A DNA stretch of 64,000 nucleotides, taken from Bacteroidota bacterium (GTDB lineage Bacteria; Bacteroidota; Bacteroidia; Flavobacteriales; Flavobacteriaceae). The stretch lies in NCBI GenBank assembly GCA_039191905.1, contig JBCCXJ010000003.1:139754-203753 (forward strand), written 5' to 3'. The translations under genes and the position numbers were made by a program. How positions within the stretch are numbered: position 1 is the first letter of the stretch; the number at the start of each line of letters is the position of its first letter. This document shows positions 38,883 through 49,440 of this stretch, one piece after another. The notes under the pieces were generated by a model. The model ran no database searches and was not told the origin of the DNA. It saw nothing but the letters and a program-made list of their open reading frames with translations.

Positions 38883-40514
38883 TTATTTTGAATTCACCAA
38901 TTCCATCAAATCTACATCATTCCCCAACAACACTTGATTACTGTCTATTCTTCCCTTTAAAGGACCATTTTCTAGTTTTAATACTCCTCTTGGACAAACT
39001 GCAGAACAAATACCGCAGCCTACACAACTAGAACGCACAATATTCTCTCCTTTCTGAGCATAGGCCCGTACATCGATACCCATCTCGCAATAGGTGGAGC
39101 AATTTCCACAAGAGATACACTGTCCGCCATTAGTGGTGATTCTAAATCGGGAAAACAAGCGTTGTTGGAAACCCATCATGCCTGCCATTGGGCAACCAAA
39201 ACGACACCAGCCTCTGTTTCCCAATATGGGATAAAAACCGGTTCCAATCACACCAGAAAATATACTACCAATTAAAAAGCTGTAAGTTTTACGCAATGTG
39301 CCTGATTTAAAAAGGAAAACATGACCGTCACCACTGTAAAAATGAAAACCGATAAGTGCCAGAATAATAATTAAGTATCCTATTGCACCATACTTTGCAT
39401 CTTTCTTGAACTCATCTCTTTTAAAAATCATGACTAAAGCAAAAACTGCAGTAAGAAGTACGCCCACTCCTATAAGGAATGTACTTTTAGTAAGCCAATA
39501 TTTGCTGGTATCGTTGCCTAAATACGAATATATAACCGCCGTGGTCATTAGTGTTACGAATACGATTACACTATGTACCACCCAGCGCTCAATGTTCCAG
39601 GCACGTACACTTTTGTCACTTAGTTGCCTAAAGGAATCCCCTACAGTTTCGGCAAGGCCTCCACAACCACAAACCCATGAACAATACCAACGTTTTCCGT
39701 ATTTATAGGTTAAAAATGGAGTAATAATAAACACGGATGCGATGGCGAATATGAGCATGGCAAAACCAATATCGCCTGAGCTCAAAAATCCTTTTATCCG
39801 GTAACTTTCAAAATTGTAATAGTTAAGAGGCCAAATGTTTTTTAAGTCCAAAAAGGGCAGACTGCCACCCTGAAGTACAGAACTTCCGTTTAACCTGGCC
39901 ATAAATTCTGGTATAAGAAAAGCGAAAGAGGTTTGAAAAAACATAACGCTCATTGTACGAATACGTTCATACCGGTTATGCCTGTATTTCCACATAAACT
40001 TAACGCCGAATGCAAGTATTCCAACGGTGTAAAGTGTTCCATAAACAAACCATTGACTAGCAGGATTCCCACTCAGTACTCTGCTTAAAGGGTCGAAAAG
40101 GGCAATGATTCCCGTATTTGGACCTTTTTTAGCAAGCCCTAAATATTCAGGATAGAAATAGAGGATAATGTAAAAGGTGGTAATTCCGATACCGAGCAAC
40201 CATCCACCCAGCCCCAGATTGGTCATTGACCTGAACCAGACCTGATCATTTTTGATGCCAGGATATTTTCCTCGGTATAAGTCCCATGAAAACCAAACCG
40301 TACCTGCAAAAATACTGGTCAGTGCTGTGGTCAACCATACCCCTCTATTTGGAAATTCAACATTAAAACCTGCTAGTAGGATAATGGATAAACCAAACAC
40401 ACCTAGTAAAATAGACAGTTTTTGGTTCCACTTTATGTGGTTGGCCGGTCCGGCAAGCGACATGCTTCTTTCGTAACCACCAGTTTTATTCAATTCTACA
40501 TCCAAGGATTCCAT
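38883..40514 (-). CDS. Membrane 4Fe-4S polyferredoxin (NapH/YccM-like)
   Basis: Multi-TM; CSWVCGC, CRFGCP, CISCGNCSTYC, CVGCGICSAVCP. Confidence 0.88.
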   Translation of the reverse strand: MESLDVELNKTGGYERSMSLAGPANHIKWNQKLSILLGVFGLSIILLAGFNVEFPNRGVWLTTALTSIFAGTVWFSWDLYRGKYPGIKNDQVWFRSMTNLGLGGWLLGIGITTFYIILYFYPEYLGLAKKGPNTGIIALFDPLSRVLSGNPASQWFVYGTLYTVGILAFGVKFMWKYRHNRYERIRTMSVMFFQTSFAFLIPEFMARLNGSSVLQGGSLPFLDLKNIWPLNYYNFESYRIKGFLSSGDIGFAMLIFAIASVFIITPFLTYKYGKRWYCSWVCGCGGLAETVGDSFRQLSDKSVRAWNIERWVVHSVIVFVTLMTTAVIYSYLGNDTSKYWLTKSTFLIGVGVLLTAVFALVMIFKRDEFKKDAKYGAIGYLIIILALIGFHFYSGDGHVFLFKSGTLRKTYSFLIGSIFSGVIGTGFYPILGNRGWCRFGCPMAGMMGFQQRLFSRFRITTNGGQCISCGNCSTYCEMGIDVRAYAQKGENIVRSSCVGCGICSAVCPRGVLKLENGPLKGRIDSNQVLLGNDVDLMELVNSK

Positions 40515-40518
40515 AATA

Positions 40519-41868
40519 TTATACTAAATCAAAAATGCGTTTAAGACTTTTCTTTTTTGGCTTGAGGGCCGTGTTTCTTTCTTTATTATATGCGGCTAGA
40601 ATGGCAGTTTCATGATGTTTAAAGAACTCAGGGTCAAAATTGGCATCAATTAAATGCTGAATAACATAATTGGCGTCTTTACCTTGAGAGAGCCAACGAT
40701 CAAATATTTCATGCCGCATTCGTATGCCAAAGGTGTTGAGTCCAAGAAAGAGATTACTTTCCTTGTGGTATGCCATGGTGATACATATCTTTTCTTTGGG
40801 ATGTCTCCAATGAAAATGGGCTTCATAGTCTTTTTTGCCCCGTTCTGAAAATACCCAACCATACGTTTGATATTCAATATCCAAAAACTTAGCAGAGTTG
40901 AACCAATGTCCAGGTTTGTACTGCAATCGGTTACCACAAATGGTTTGTGCCACGGTTTCGCCCATCATCCTTCCAGTATACCACACTGCTTCAATGGGAC
41001 GCCTGTTACCTATAGCTTCGTGTTGCTCCGCACAATCACCAATAGCATAGATGTCTGGTATATTGGTTTCTAGATATCTGTTCACTTTGATGCCTCTTCC
41101 AAGTTCGATACCAGATTCCCTTAAAAATTCGATATTGGGTGCTACACCCGCAGTCAGCCCTACAACATCACAAGGGATTTCTTCATCGGTTTCTGCTACG
41201 ATAATGGATTTTACCTTGCCGTTTTCATCAGGTACAATCTCTTTAAGATTCGTAGCTAATCTTAGATCTATGTGATGTTCGAAAATATGCTCATTAATCA
41301 TAGCTGATTCCCCAGCAGGAAGTACGCCATTCCAAAAACTGGTCTCTCGAACCAAAAACGTAACTGGGATATCCCTGCTACGAAGCATTTCTGCCATTTC
41401 GATACCGATTAAACCACCTCCAACAATAACTGCTCGTTTACATACCTTGTTATTAGGGGCGTTGACTTCCAATAAATCTAAATCTTGTTTGGAGTAAAGG
41501 CCCTGCACACCATGAAGATCTTGTCCGGGCCATCCAAATTTGTTAGGTTTGGAACCTGTTGCTAAAATCAGCTTATCATATTGCAAGGATCGTGCTCCTT
41601 CCAAAATCAATGTTTTGTTCGCTACATCAACTTTAGAGACAAAAGCGTTTACAAGTTCTATTCTGTTTTTCTTCCAAAACCAATCTTCATAAGGCTGTAT
41701 GTTCTCAAACTTCATATGCCCCATGTAAACGTACATAAGGGCGGTTCTGGAAAAAAAGTATTCTGTTTCCGCGGAAACAATGACGATGCGTTTATCAGAC
41801 AATTTTCTGATGTGACGTGCGGCTGAGACACCGGCAATTCCATTGCCTATGATTACAATTGTTTCCAT
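40519..41868 (-). CDS. FAD/NAD(P)H-dependent oxidoreductase (ferredoxin/rubredoxin reductase-like)
   Basis: GNGIAG, LILATGS, GGGLIG, IYAIGDC. Confidence 0.9.
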   Translation of the reverse strand: METIVIIGNGIAGVSAARHIRKLSDKRIVIVSAETEYFFSRTALMYVYMGHMKFENIQPYEDWFWKKNRIELVNAFVSKVDVANKTLILEGARSLQYDKLILATGSKPNKFGWPGQDLHGVQGLYSKQDLDLLEVNAPNNKVCKRAVIVGGGLIGIEMAEMLRSRDIPVTFLVRETSFWNGVLPAGESAMINEHIFEHHIDLRLATNLKEIVPDENGKVKSIIVAETDEEIPCDVVGLTAGVAPNIEFLRESGIELGRGIKVNRYLETNIPDIYAIGDCAEQHEAIGNRRPIEAVWYTGRMMGETVAQTICGNRLQYKPGHWFNSAKFLDIEYQTYGWVFSERGKKDYEAHFHWRHPKEKICITMAYHKESNLFLGLNTFGIRMRHEIFDRWLSQGKDANYVIQHLIDANFDPEFFKHHETAILAAYNKERNTALKPKKKSLKRIFDLV

Positions 41869-42104
41869 TTAACTAACATTGGTTGAAGGGTGTGTCGTTT
41901 TTAAATATAAGAACTTATCTTCTACGTTTAATTTAGAAAGGATATAAATATTGGATGTATTGATAAGGAATTACTACAAATTCCGAACGTCTAACGTGTT
42001 GATTGCTAAAATCTTAAATTAATCATAAAAAAGTAACATTCATGTATGGTGTCCATTGAACGGCCGACAGAAATGGCAGTTTTGATTAATGAAAACCATA
42101 AACA

Positions 42105-42827
42105 ATGAAATCAAATAAAACACTAATCGTACTTATGATTCTGGCTGCTGTTCAATGGGGACATGGCCAAGAAACTTCCAAGTTTTTCACCAAAGCGGAT
42201 GCCTTTTTTAATACATATGTGAGTAATGGTAAAGTAGCATATAAAGAAATAAAAGCTAACCCTGCTTCATTGGATGAGTTAATAGCTTTGACAAAGGGCA
42301 TTCGAGTTACAAAAAGTGATGCAAAAACCTATCAGGCCTTTTGGATTAATGGATACAATCTTTCCGTAATTAAGGGAATTGTAGATAATTACCCCATAAA
42401 ATCTCCTTTGGACAAGGCTGGATTCTTCGATAAAAAGACCTATGAAATAGGAGGAAAAAATACCACGTTGAATGATATTGAAAACAAATTGCTTCGTGCG
42501 GTTTTTCCAAAAGAATCCCGTTTTCACTTTGTATTGGTTTGTGCAGGTTTGGGATGTCCCCCAATAATCAGTTCAGCATATACTCCAGATAAATTAGAAG
42601 CTCAATTGCAAAGACAAACAGAACTGGCTTTGAACAATCCAAACTTCATAAGAGTTAAAGGGAAAAAAGTAAACCTTTCCCAAATATTCGAGTGGTATAC
42701 CAAAGATTTTACACAAGGAGGTAAAAACCTTATTGAGTATGTAAATCAATATCGTAAAGAAAAGTTAGACCCTAAAGCTAAGGTAGGATACTATAGCTAC
42801 GATTGGGCCTTAAATGAAAGCAAATAA
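42105..42827 (+). CDS. DUF547 secreted protein
   Basis: AFWINGYN, TLNDIEN, RFHFVLVCAGLGCP, IFEWY, YDWALN. Confidence 0.9.
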   Translation: MKSNKTLIVLMILAAVQWGHGQETSKFFTKADAFFNTYVSNGKVAYKEIKANPASLDELIALTKGIRVTKSDAKTYQAFWINGYNLSVIKGIVDNYPIKSPLDKAGFFDKKTYEIGGKNTTLNDIENKLLRAVFPKESRFHFVLVCAGLGCPPIISSAYTPDKLEAQLQRQTELALNNPNFIRVKGKKVNLSQIFEWYTKDFTQGGKNLIEYVNQYRKEKLDPKAKVGYYSYDWALNESK

Positions 42828-42852
42828 GAATTACAGCAACTATTCAAACATC

Positions 42853-43746
42853 ATGAAAACAATATTTAAAAACACAATTTTTGCTGCTCTTTTTTTGGGT
42901 GCAGCCATTATCTCGGCACAGGACGACGACCAGTCCGGGAGTAATATTCAGAATTTAACGCCCTCTAAACTTATTGGAAAAGGGCAGTGGGATTTAAAAT
43001 TGTTCAACAATTTTTACACTCAAAACGAAAGTACTTTTGAAGCTGAGGATGGAATTCGTCAAAATTTCTTCACCTCTACCTTAGAAGTGTTCACTGGTGT
43101 ATCCGATACCAAAAGGGTAAACGTTGGGATTATCGCCGAGTATAGAGCTAACGGAAGGGACTTCAACTTGGAAAATGGCACAACAGAAAGGCGAAATACC
43201 TCAGGGTTAACCTCTATTGCCCCATCTATTAAAATTGTTCCGTTTAAAAGAGTAGGTAACTTCTCTATTTTGAGTTCATTCTCCATTCCATTAATAAGCC
43301 AAGAAGTAGATGACAATGGGGTGTTCTTGGATCAAGATGGCTTTACTTGGCAAAACCGCTTTTTCTACGATTATACTTTCCCAGGTAAAAAATGGCAGAT
43401 ATTCACCGAAATAAATTCTGAGTACAATTTTGGAGAAGATGCGGTTCAAGATGCCAACGGCATTACGGTTGAAGGGAGTTTTGCAAACAATAGCCTTCGT
43501 TTGACCCCAGGTGTATTTTTGAGTTATTTCCCAAGCAGCAAATTTACTGTTTTGGTCTTGGGTCAGCATACAGAGTTAATAGATTTAGGCAACAACTTCA
43601 GCCAGAATTTTACAGCTCTTGGAGGTGGTGCTAAGTATCAATTGACAAAAGAATTGAATGTGGAATTTTTGTATACCAACTTTGTAAGAGGAAGGGATAC
43701 AGGTCTTGGAGAGACATTTAACATAGGTTTACGAGCAGTTTTCTAG
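42853..43746 (+). CDS. Outer-membrane beta-barrel protein
   Basis: Signal peptide from ATG 42853; amphipathic strands; C-terminal FNIGLRAVF. Confidence 0.7.
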   Translation: MKTIFKNTIFAALFLGAAIISAQDDDQSGSNIQNLTPSKLIGKGQWDLKLFNNFYTQNESTFEAEDGIRQNFFTSTLEVFTGVSDTKRVNVGIIAEYRANGRDFNLENGTTERRNTSGLTSIAPSIKIVPFKRVGNFSILSSFSIPLISQEVDDNGVFLDQDGFTWQNRFFYDYTFPGKKWQIFTEINSEYNFGEDAVQDANGITVEGSFANNSLRLTPGVFLSYFPSSKFTVLVLGQHTELIDLGNNFSQNFTALGGGAKYQLTKELNVEFLYTNFVRGRDTGLGETFNIGLRAVF

Positions 43747-43794
43747 CCAAAACCATACATAAAAGCCTAAATTAGAAGTCTTAATTCTCAAGCT

Positions 43795-44796
43795 ATGAAG
43801 AAATTAGGACTTCTTTTTTTATGCATGCTCCAGTTTTCGTGTATTAGTCAAAAAAAGGAAAAAATAAATGGAGTCAGTTTTGTAGGGTCACGTGAAAAAG
43901 TCGACCAAATTCATATAGACCCTGTTTTACAGGTCAATGCGAACTATGCCGCGGTGATGCCTTTCGGATTTGCGAGAAATTTAAATTCTCCCAAAATAAT
44001 TTTTGACACGGATAGGCAATGGTATGGTGAAACAAGGAGCGGTGCGAAACAATACATTGAAATGTTGAAAGAGAATGGGGTGAAGGTGATGATGAAACCT
44101 CAAATATGGATTTGGCGTGGTGAGTTTACAGGGGATATGATCATGGAATCAGAAGAAGATTGGAAAACCTTGGAAAGTTCCTATGACGATTTTATTCTGA
44201 CCTATGCAAAATTGGCAGAAGAAACCAAGTCAGAAATCCTTTGTATAGGCACTGAGTTGGAAGAGTTTGTGAAGAACAGGCCGGCGTATTGGGAAAGTCT
44301 CATCAAACGAATAAAAAAAGTGTATTCTGGAAGATTGACCTATGCAGCCAATTGGGACGAATTTACGAGGACGCCATTCTGGAGCGAGTTGGATTTTATT
44401 GGAGTTGATGCCTATTTTCCACTTTCTGCGGAGCGATACCCAACCATGGATGAGTTAAAAACCGGCTGGGAACCTTGGAAAGCGAAATTGGTGACCTTGT
44501 CAAACACGGAGAACAAGCCTATTCTTTTTACTGAATTTGGATACCGAAGTATGGATTACACAGCGAAAAAACCTTGGCTGGTCGATAGAAATCAAATGGA
44601 TGTGAATCTTCAGGCGCAAGCAGATGCGACCCAGACAGTCTTTAATGAATTTTGGGGTGAGGACTGGTTTGCAGGAGGTTTTATTTGGAAATGGTTTATA
44701 CATCATGATAAGTCTGGTGGGGCAGAAGATAACCGCTTTACACCTCAAAACAAACCTGCGGAAGACACTATACGAGATTTTTTTGCAAAAAGTTAA
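43795..44796 (+). CDS. GH113-like glycoside hydrolase (beta-mannanase fold), lipoprotein
   Basis: MMKPQIW, IGTEL, TYAANWD, GVDAYFPL, FTEFGY, GGFIWKW, FTPQNKPAE. Confidence 0.85.
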   Translation: MKKLGLLFLCMLQFSCISQKKEKINGVSFVGSREKVDQIHIDPVLQVNANYAAVMPFGFARNLNSPKIIFDTDRQWYGETRSGAKQYIEMLKENGVKVMMKPQIWIWRGEFTGDMIMESEEDWKTLESSYDDFILTYAKLAEETKSEILCIGTELEEFVKNRPAYWESLIKRIKKVYSGRLTYAANWDEFTRTPFWSELDFIGVDAYFPLSAERYPTMDELKTGWEPWKAKLVTLSNTENKPILFTEFGYRSMDYTAKKPWLVDRNQMDVNLQAQADATQTVFNEFWGEDWFAGGFIWKWFIHHDKSGGAEDNRFTPQNKPAEDTIRDFFAKS

Positions 44797-45542
44797 TGAA
44801 GCATTATAAAGCCACTTTTACGCTTATCATACTAACGATGTTATCTTGCTCTTCGAATGACGAGGAAGGTATTGTTTTGGATGATAATCAACTGAATACC
44901 TTTTTAGAAGGTAGAGAAGTGGTTTTGGATAATGTTATCGCCTGTGCTGCAAGCAATAGAAATCCGGAAGAGGTTAGCGTTTTTCTTTACCCTAGGCCTG
45001 GTGCTACCAATATCAGATACTACGAAACAGCGAACGCAGAAGTGGATAAAAATGATTTTTCCCTATACGCACGGCGAGAACTTCCATTATTGGATGTTTT
45101 CAATGGCTATTTATTAAAATACGAGGTTGAACCTGAACAGGAGAAATGGGTAATTGTTAGCTTTGAAGAAGAAGGTGCTGTCCACATTTCAAACCCAATT
45201 CGACTAAAACAACTTTCAAAACCTACGGAATATTTGTCTGAAAATGTAATGACAGATTTCTCCATGGGAAACATGCCCGAATTTACCTGGATGGATGGAG
45301 TTTTCACAGATTCTAGAATTTATTTTCACGTGGTTACCAATGCTGCCAACGATTTTTTGTCTGGTACGTATACTTTTGAAAGAAGGTTCCAGTTTTACAA
45401 ATTGGACAATGTGGTTTTAAATATCACAGAAGAAACACCTCCAGTTTTAACCCCAGAAACACGATATAATTTCACACTGCTGGCTGTAAGTGAAGACAAT
45501 TGGGTGAATTTGTTCTCAGAAATACCTTTTGAGTTTGAATAA
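44796..45542 (+). CDS. Hypothetical lipoprotein
   Basis: Lipobox LSC; VIACAA; coupled to the GH113 stop (TAATG). Confidence 0.7.
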   Translation: MKHYKATFTLIILTMLSCSSNDEEGIVLDDNQLNTFLEGREVVLDNVIACAASNRNPEEVSVFLYPRPGATNIRYYETANAEVDKNDFSLYARRELPLLDVFNGYLLKYEVEPEQEKWVIVSFEEEGAVHISNPIRLKQLSKPTEYLSENVMTDFSMGNMPEFTWMDGVFTDSRIYFHVVTNAANDFLSGTYTFERRFQFYKLDNVVLNITEETPPVLTPETRYNFTLLAVSEDNWVNLFSEIPFEFE

Positions 45543-45623
45543 GTTCAGTTTTAACACTTATCAAGCTAAAGAACTTAGATTTTCTGAGGTGAATAGGTTA
45601 GCTTTAACCAAAAAGAAACTGCT

Positions 45624-46892
45624 GTGACATATAGGTGCGTTGTTACCTTCACCTTTTTTTTGTGCGTGCTTTTTGGATACGGGCAGGAACCTATCGTGTC
45701 AAGTTTAAAAATTCAAGGTAACGAAAGAACCAAAACATCTTTCCTCAAAAAAATTATTAAGCTTGAAGCGGGTGCCACATTAGATACCACAAAGATGGAA
45801 GAGGACATGTATCGGCTTAAGCGATTACCATCCGTTTCCCACGCCTATTACCAAGTTGTTGAATCTTTCAAGGAAAACCATGTAGATGTGGTCTACGGCA
45901 TAGAGGAAAACTTTACGTTGATTCCTTTTGCGAGTATTTTCACCTCCAATGATGATGAGTTTGCGTTTCGAGTGGGCTTACAGGAGTTTAATGTGCTCGG
46001 GCGGAATATTACCCTGGGAGGGTTTTATCAACGGGATATTTTTGATTCGTTTGGTGCACACATTAGAGCTCCCAATATTTTTGGTCGAAAATGGGGTTTA
46101 GCCATCAGCTATCAAGATTTGACAACTGAAGAACCTGTGTTTTTGGATAATGGTAGTGCCGATTATCGGTACAATAATGAATCGATTGAAGCCCTAGTTT
46201 TATACCAGCTCAATTTTAAGAATAGGTTGGAATTTGGGATTAACTTTTTTACTGAAGATTACCAATTTCTTTCTGGGGACACTGACCCAAATGTTCCTCA
46301 GGCGCTGAGGGTCAACAAGCATTTATTAAAACTACTTTACAATTACGATGCAATAAAGTTCCATTACCAATACTTGTCAGGATTTAAAAGTTCATTAAAT
46401 CTCCAATATGTTCAGAGTGATGATCGGCAACTTCCAGATTTTTGGATTGGCTTTAACGACTTCACTTACTTTATGCGAGTTGGTAAAAAAGGAAACTGGG
46501 CAAGTAGACTGCGATTAGGATTATCCAGTAACCTCGATACACCTTTTGCCCCCTTTGCGGTGGACAATAATCTGAATATTCGTGGTGTTGGAAATACTAT
46601 TGATCGGGGTACGGCCGCTATTGTACTAAATACAGAGTACAGACATACCTTAATCGATAAGGATTGGTTTGTACTGCAAAGTAATGTTTTTATTGATGGA
46701 GGCTCATGGAGAAATCCTGGTGGAGACTTCAGTGATTTTGGTGATGACCAAAACTTACGCATCTATCCAGGGATAGGTCTGCGTTTTATTCATAAACGAA
46801 TTTTCAATGCTATTTTTAGGATTGATTACGGTCAGGGAATAACCACGAATTCATCACGAGGGGTGGTTTTTGGGATAGGGCAATACTTTTAA
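45624..46892 (+). CDS. Single-POTRA Omp85/TamA-like outer-membrane protein
   Basis: IQGNERTK POTRA start; IRG motif; RIDYG; C-terminal FGIGQYF. Confidence 0.8.
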   Translation: MTYRCVVTFTFFLCVLFGYGQEPIVSSLKIQGNERTKTSFLKKIIKLEAGATLDTTKMEEDMYRLKRLPSVSHAYYQVVESFKENHVDVVYGIEENFTLIPFASIFTSNDDEFAFRVGLQEFNVLGRNITLGGFYQRDIFDSFGAHIRAPNIFGRKWGLAISYQDLTTEEPVFLDNGSADYRYNNESIEALVLYQLNFKNRLEFGINFFTEDYQFLSGDTDPNVPQALRVNKHLLKLLYNYDAIKFHYQYLSGFKSSLNLQYVQSDDRQLPDFWIGFNDFTYFMRVGKKGNWASRLRLGLSSNLDTPFAPFAVDNNLNIRGVGNTIDRGTAAIVLNTEYRHTLIDKDWFVLQSNVFIDGGSWRNPGGDFSDFGDDQNLRIYPGIGLRFIHKRIFNAIFRIDYGQGITTNSSRGVVFGIGQYF

Positions 46893-46950
46893 TCCAATAG
46901 TTCCATCATTTTTTAGATATTTGTAAGGCATCCCAGCAAAATTTCTCTTC

Positions 46951-47874
46951 ATGAAATACAAACTCGCATTCGTATTGTGGGGTTTTCTGGTATGCGCTTT
47001 GTTTGCCCAAGAAAAGTCATATAAAGTTGTTGCCGAACCCGGTGACGGTATCTATTCCCTTCTTAGAAAACAAGGATTGGACCCAGTTGCCCACTACCAA
47101 GAATTTATCGAACTCAATAAGGAGAACATTAAAGATGGCAGTTTTCTTCATGTAGGGAGGGAATATTTTATTCCTTATGCCTCAGAATCTTTCAAGAATG
47201 TAGGTGTTCGGATATTCTTAGCTTCAGATAAGGAAGAACCTGTTTTTGAAGAGGAATTACAGAATTTACGCAAGAAAAGCGATGCACTCAAAGACGTGGT
47301 CTATTATCTGATAACCGAAAACAAAGAACGAACTTCGAACGGTTTTGCTAAGGACGTTGAACTCAATTTGGCCAAGACGCTTCTTGAAAATGGTGCCCAT
47401 GTTTTTGTGCTTGAACAAAAGGGGCTACTTTCAAGTGAAGAAAATGAAGGAATTGAGTTGATGGGGAGTTATGTGGAGGCTATAAACAAAAGATACCTGA
47501 AGCATACGGGAAAATACCAACGACTTTTGATTATTCGTGCAAACGGTCAGATAAAAGGAAAAATGGACGTGTCCGTATTTCATCATGAAAAAAGTGAAGA
47601 AGGACAACGACTAGCACAAAATCTTCGAGAAGTTTTTCAAAAACATAGTGTTAAGAATCGTTCCTACAAAAGTATTGAGGCCATTTTTGAAGATGAAAAC
47701 ACCCTCTATCTTGCCAAAAATGTGTTGCCTGCAGTGAGCTTATTAGATATCGATGGTACTTCGAGAGAATCTAAAGCAAAAAGCATTGAAGTAGTGTCCA
47801 ACAAAAAAGCTCTGGCGCAATGGTTGGCCAATGGCATTCTTAAAGACTATGCAGATCTCAAAATAGAAGAATAG
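46951..47874 (+). CDS. LysM-like plus Amidase_3-like protein, apparently lacking Zn ligands
   Basis: PGDGIYSLLR...YFIP N-terminal domain; amidase-like C-terminal domain (VVYYLI, YQRLLII, LAQWLANGI) without the HGG motif. Confidence 0.6.
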   Translation: MKYKLAFVLWGFLVCALFAQEKSYKVVAEPGDGIYSLLRKQGLDPVAHYQEFIELNKENIKDGSFLHVGREYFIPYASESFKNVGVRIFLASDKEEPVFEEELQNLRKKSDALKDVVYYLITENKERTSNGFAKDVELNLAKTLLENGAHVFVLEQKGLLSSEENEGIELMGSYVEAINKRYLKHTGKYQRLLIIRANGQIKGKMDVSVFHHEKSEEGQRLAQNLREVFQKHSVKNRSYKSIEAIFEDENTLYLAKNVLPAVSLLDIDGTSRESKAKSIEVVSNKKALAQWLANGILKDYADLKIEE

Positions 47875-47902
47875 CTCCTCTTATTTACTCTATAAGAATC
47901 GT

Positions 47903-48607
47903 TCAGGTCAAAATGTTTTTTCGGTAATATCGATATAATTCTTCAGGGCCGGCACCTAGGTAATTTTTCAAGTGAATCATCCCAAAATGGAATTGAACCC
48001 TCACCCAACCCTTATCTCGATACTTTCTTGCAGAAGTTATCACATATTCGGGAAGTACCTTAAATTCGGTTTGTTTGTATAATCGCTGTATAAACTCCGT
48101 ATCCTCATAAATAAAATAGTCCTCATCAAAGCCTTGTGTTAGCTCAAAAAGGTCTTTTTGAATAAAAAGCGATTGATCACCTCCCCGGCAAAGCGTATGG
48201 TTAATTCGGGTGAGCCAAGCAAAAAAACGGAGTATGGGATTTCTCGAATCAAATTTCATTCGAAAACAACCAGACTGGTTTCCTTCTTCCACTGCATTCA
48301 AAATAATCGTATCAAAACTCTTGGGAGGTAGGGTGTCAGCATGCAAAAAGTATAAAATACCTCCTTTAGCGTATTTGGCTCCGAAGTTCATCTGTTTGGC
48401 CCTTCCTCTAGCCGAAGAAATGACAGTAGCACCATACGATTTTGCCAAAGTAACAGTCCTATCAGTGCTTCCACCATCAATGCAAATGATTTCTTCCACC
48501 TGTGAAGAAGTGATGCTTGATTTAATATGACTTAAAATGGCACCTAGACCCTTTTCTTCATTCAGCACCGGGATTATGATACTTATTTTCTGATTACTTT
48601 GCCTCAT
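47903..48607 (-). CDS. TIGR04283-like GT2 (arsenosugar-associated glycosyltransferase)
   Basis: SIIIPVLNE, DGGSTD, GRAKQMNFGA, FLHAD, GDQ, ED, TSARK. Confidence 0.88.
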   Translation of the reverse strand: MRQSNQKISIIIPVLNEEKGLGAILSHIKSSITSSQVEEIICIDGGSTDRTVTLAKSYGATVISSARGRAKQMNFGAKYAKGGILYFLHADTLPPKSFDTIILNAVEEGNQSGCFRMKFDSRNPILRFFAWLTRINHTLCRGGDQSLFIQKDLFELTQGFDEDYFIYEDTEFIQRLYKQTEFKVLPEYVITSARKYRDKGWVRVQFHFGMIHLKNYLGAGPEELYRYYRKNILT

Positions 48608-49421
48608 TCAAACTCCAATCGTAATCCAAATAACTGATACTTGCTTTTTTGTCTATTGGTTTGTCTAAATACTGGTTGATGTACTCCAAAAGAGAGACGT
48701 TCTTTGTAAAATCACCTTTGTACCATTTAAAGATTCTGGAAAGTTGTGCCTTTCCATTTTGAAAGCGATTTCTTTTTGTATCATTTACAAAATCAGCAGC
48801 TGTTTTGGAAAGAAGGCTTTCCATATTTTGCGGAGTGAAGGCTGTATTGAGCAATTTAGGACAAGAATATGAAGCACAATTGATAGCAAAATGAATTCTA
48901 GGTTCATCCATTTTACGTAGTACTTCATGTTCAATATCGTTTAAGGATGTGGTAATATCCCCAACGGTAATCCATTTTTTCTTCCATCGATTGGGAATAT
49001 CTTTTATGCTCTTGGTGGGATAGTTGTCCACAATCAATTTTACGGTCGCAGCATTGTAAAGATTGATATAATAAGCCAGTTTATCATCTTTGGTCCATGA
49101 GCTGGTCGGTGGGGTGTTGGATAAATCGGTGATGTAAGCCTCTAAGGATGCTATATCCGTTTTGAAAGCTTTATAGTTTACATTACCGTCATTGTCAACA
49201 TATTTTTTTAGCAAATCGTTCCATGCCGTATGGTTTGGTTTTTCAGCTTTAACAGTAAGGTTTTGTACCAAAGCCTCCGACTCAAAAACGGTTTCATGGG
49301 TAAGTTCGGGCTGGCAATTAAAGAATGAAGTGAAAAGTAATGTGTAACCCCAAAAATTCATAGCAAAAGATTTTATGGTTTTTATATAACAGAAGTCTTT
49401 AAAAAAGGGCAAAACTTTCAT
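48594..49421 (-). CDS. DUF547 protein (second paralog)
   Basis: LAYYINLYNA, LNDIEH, RIHFAINCASYSCP, YDWSLN. Likely start ATG 49361. Confidence 0.9.
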   Translation of the reverse strand: MKVLPFFKDFCYIKTIKSFAMNFWGYTLLFTSFFNCQPELTHETVFESEALVQNLTVKAEKPNHTAWNDLLKKYVDNDGNVNYKAFKTDIASLEAYITDLSNTPPTSSWTKDDKLAYYINLYNAATVKLIVDNYPTKSIKDIPNRWKKKWITVGDITTSLNDIEHEVLRKMDEPRIHFAINCASYSCPKLLNTAFTPQNMESLLSKTAADFVNDTKRNRFQNGKAQLSRIFKWYKGDFTKNVSLLEYINQYLDKPIDKKASISYLDYDWSLNEAK

Positions 49422-49440
49422 TTTGCCCTCTTAAAATCTT

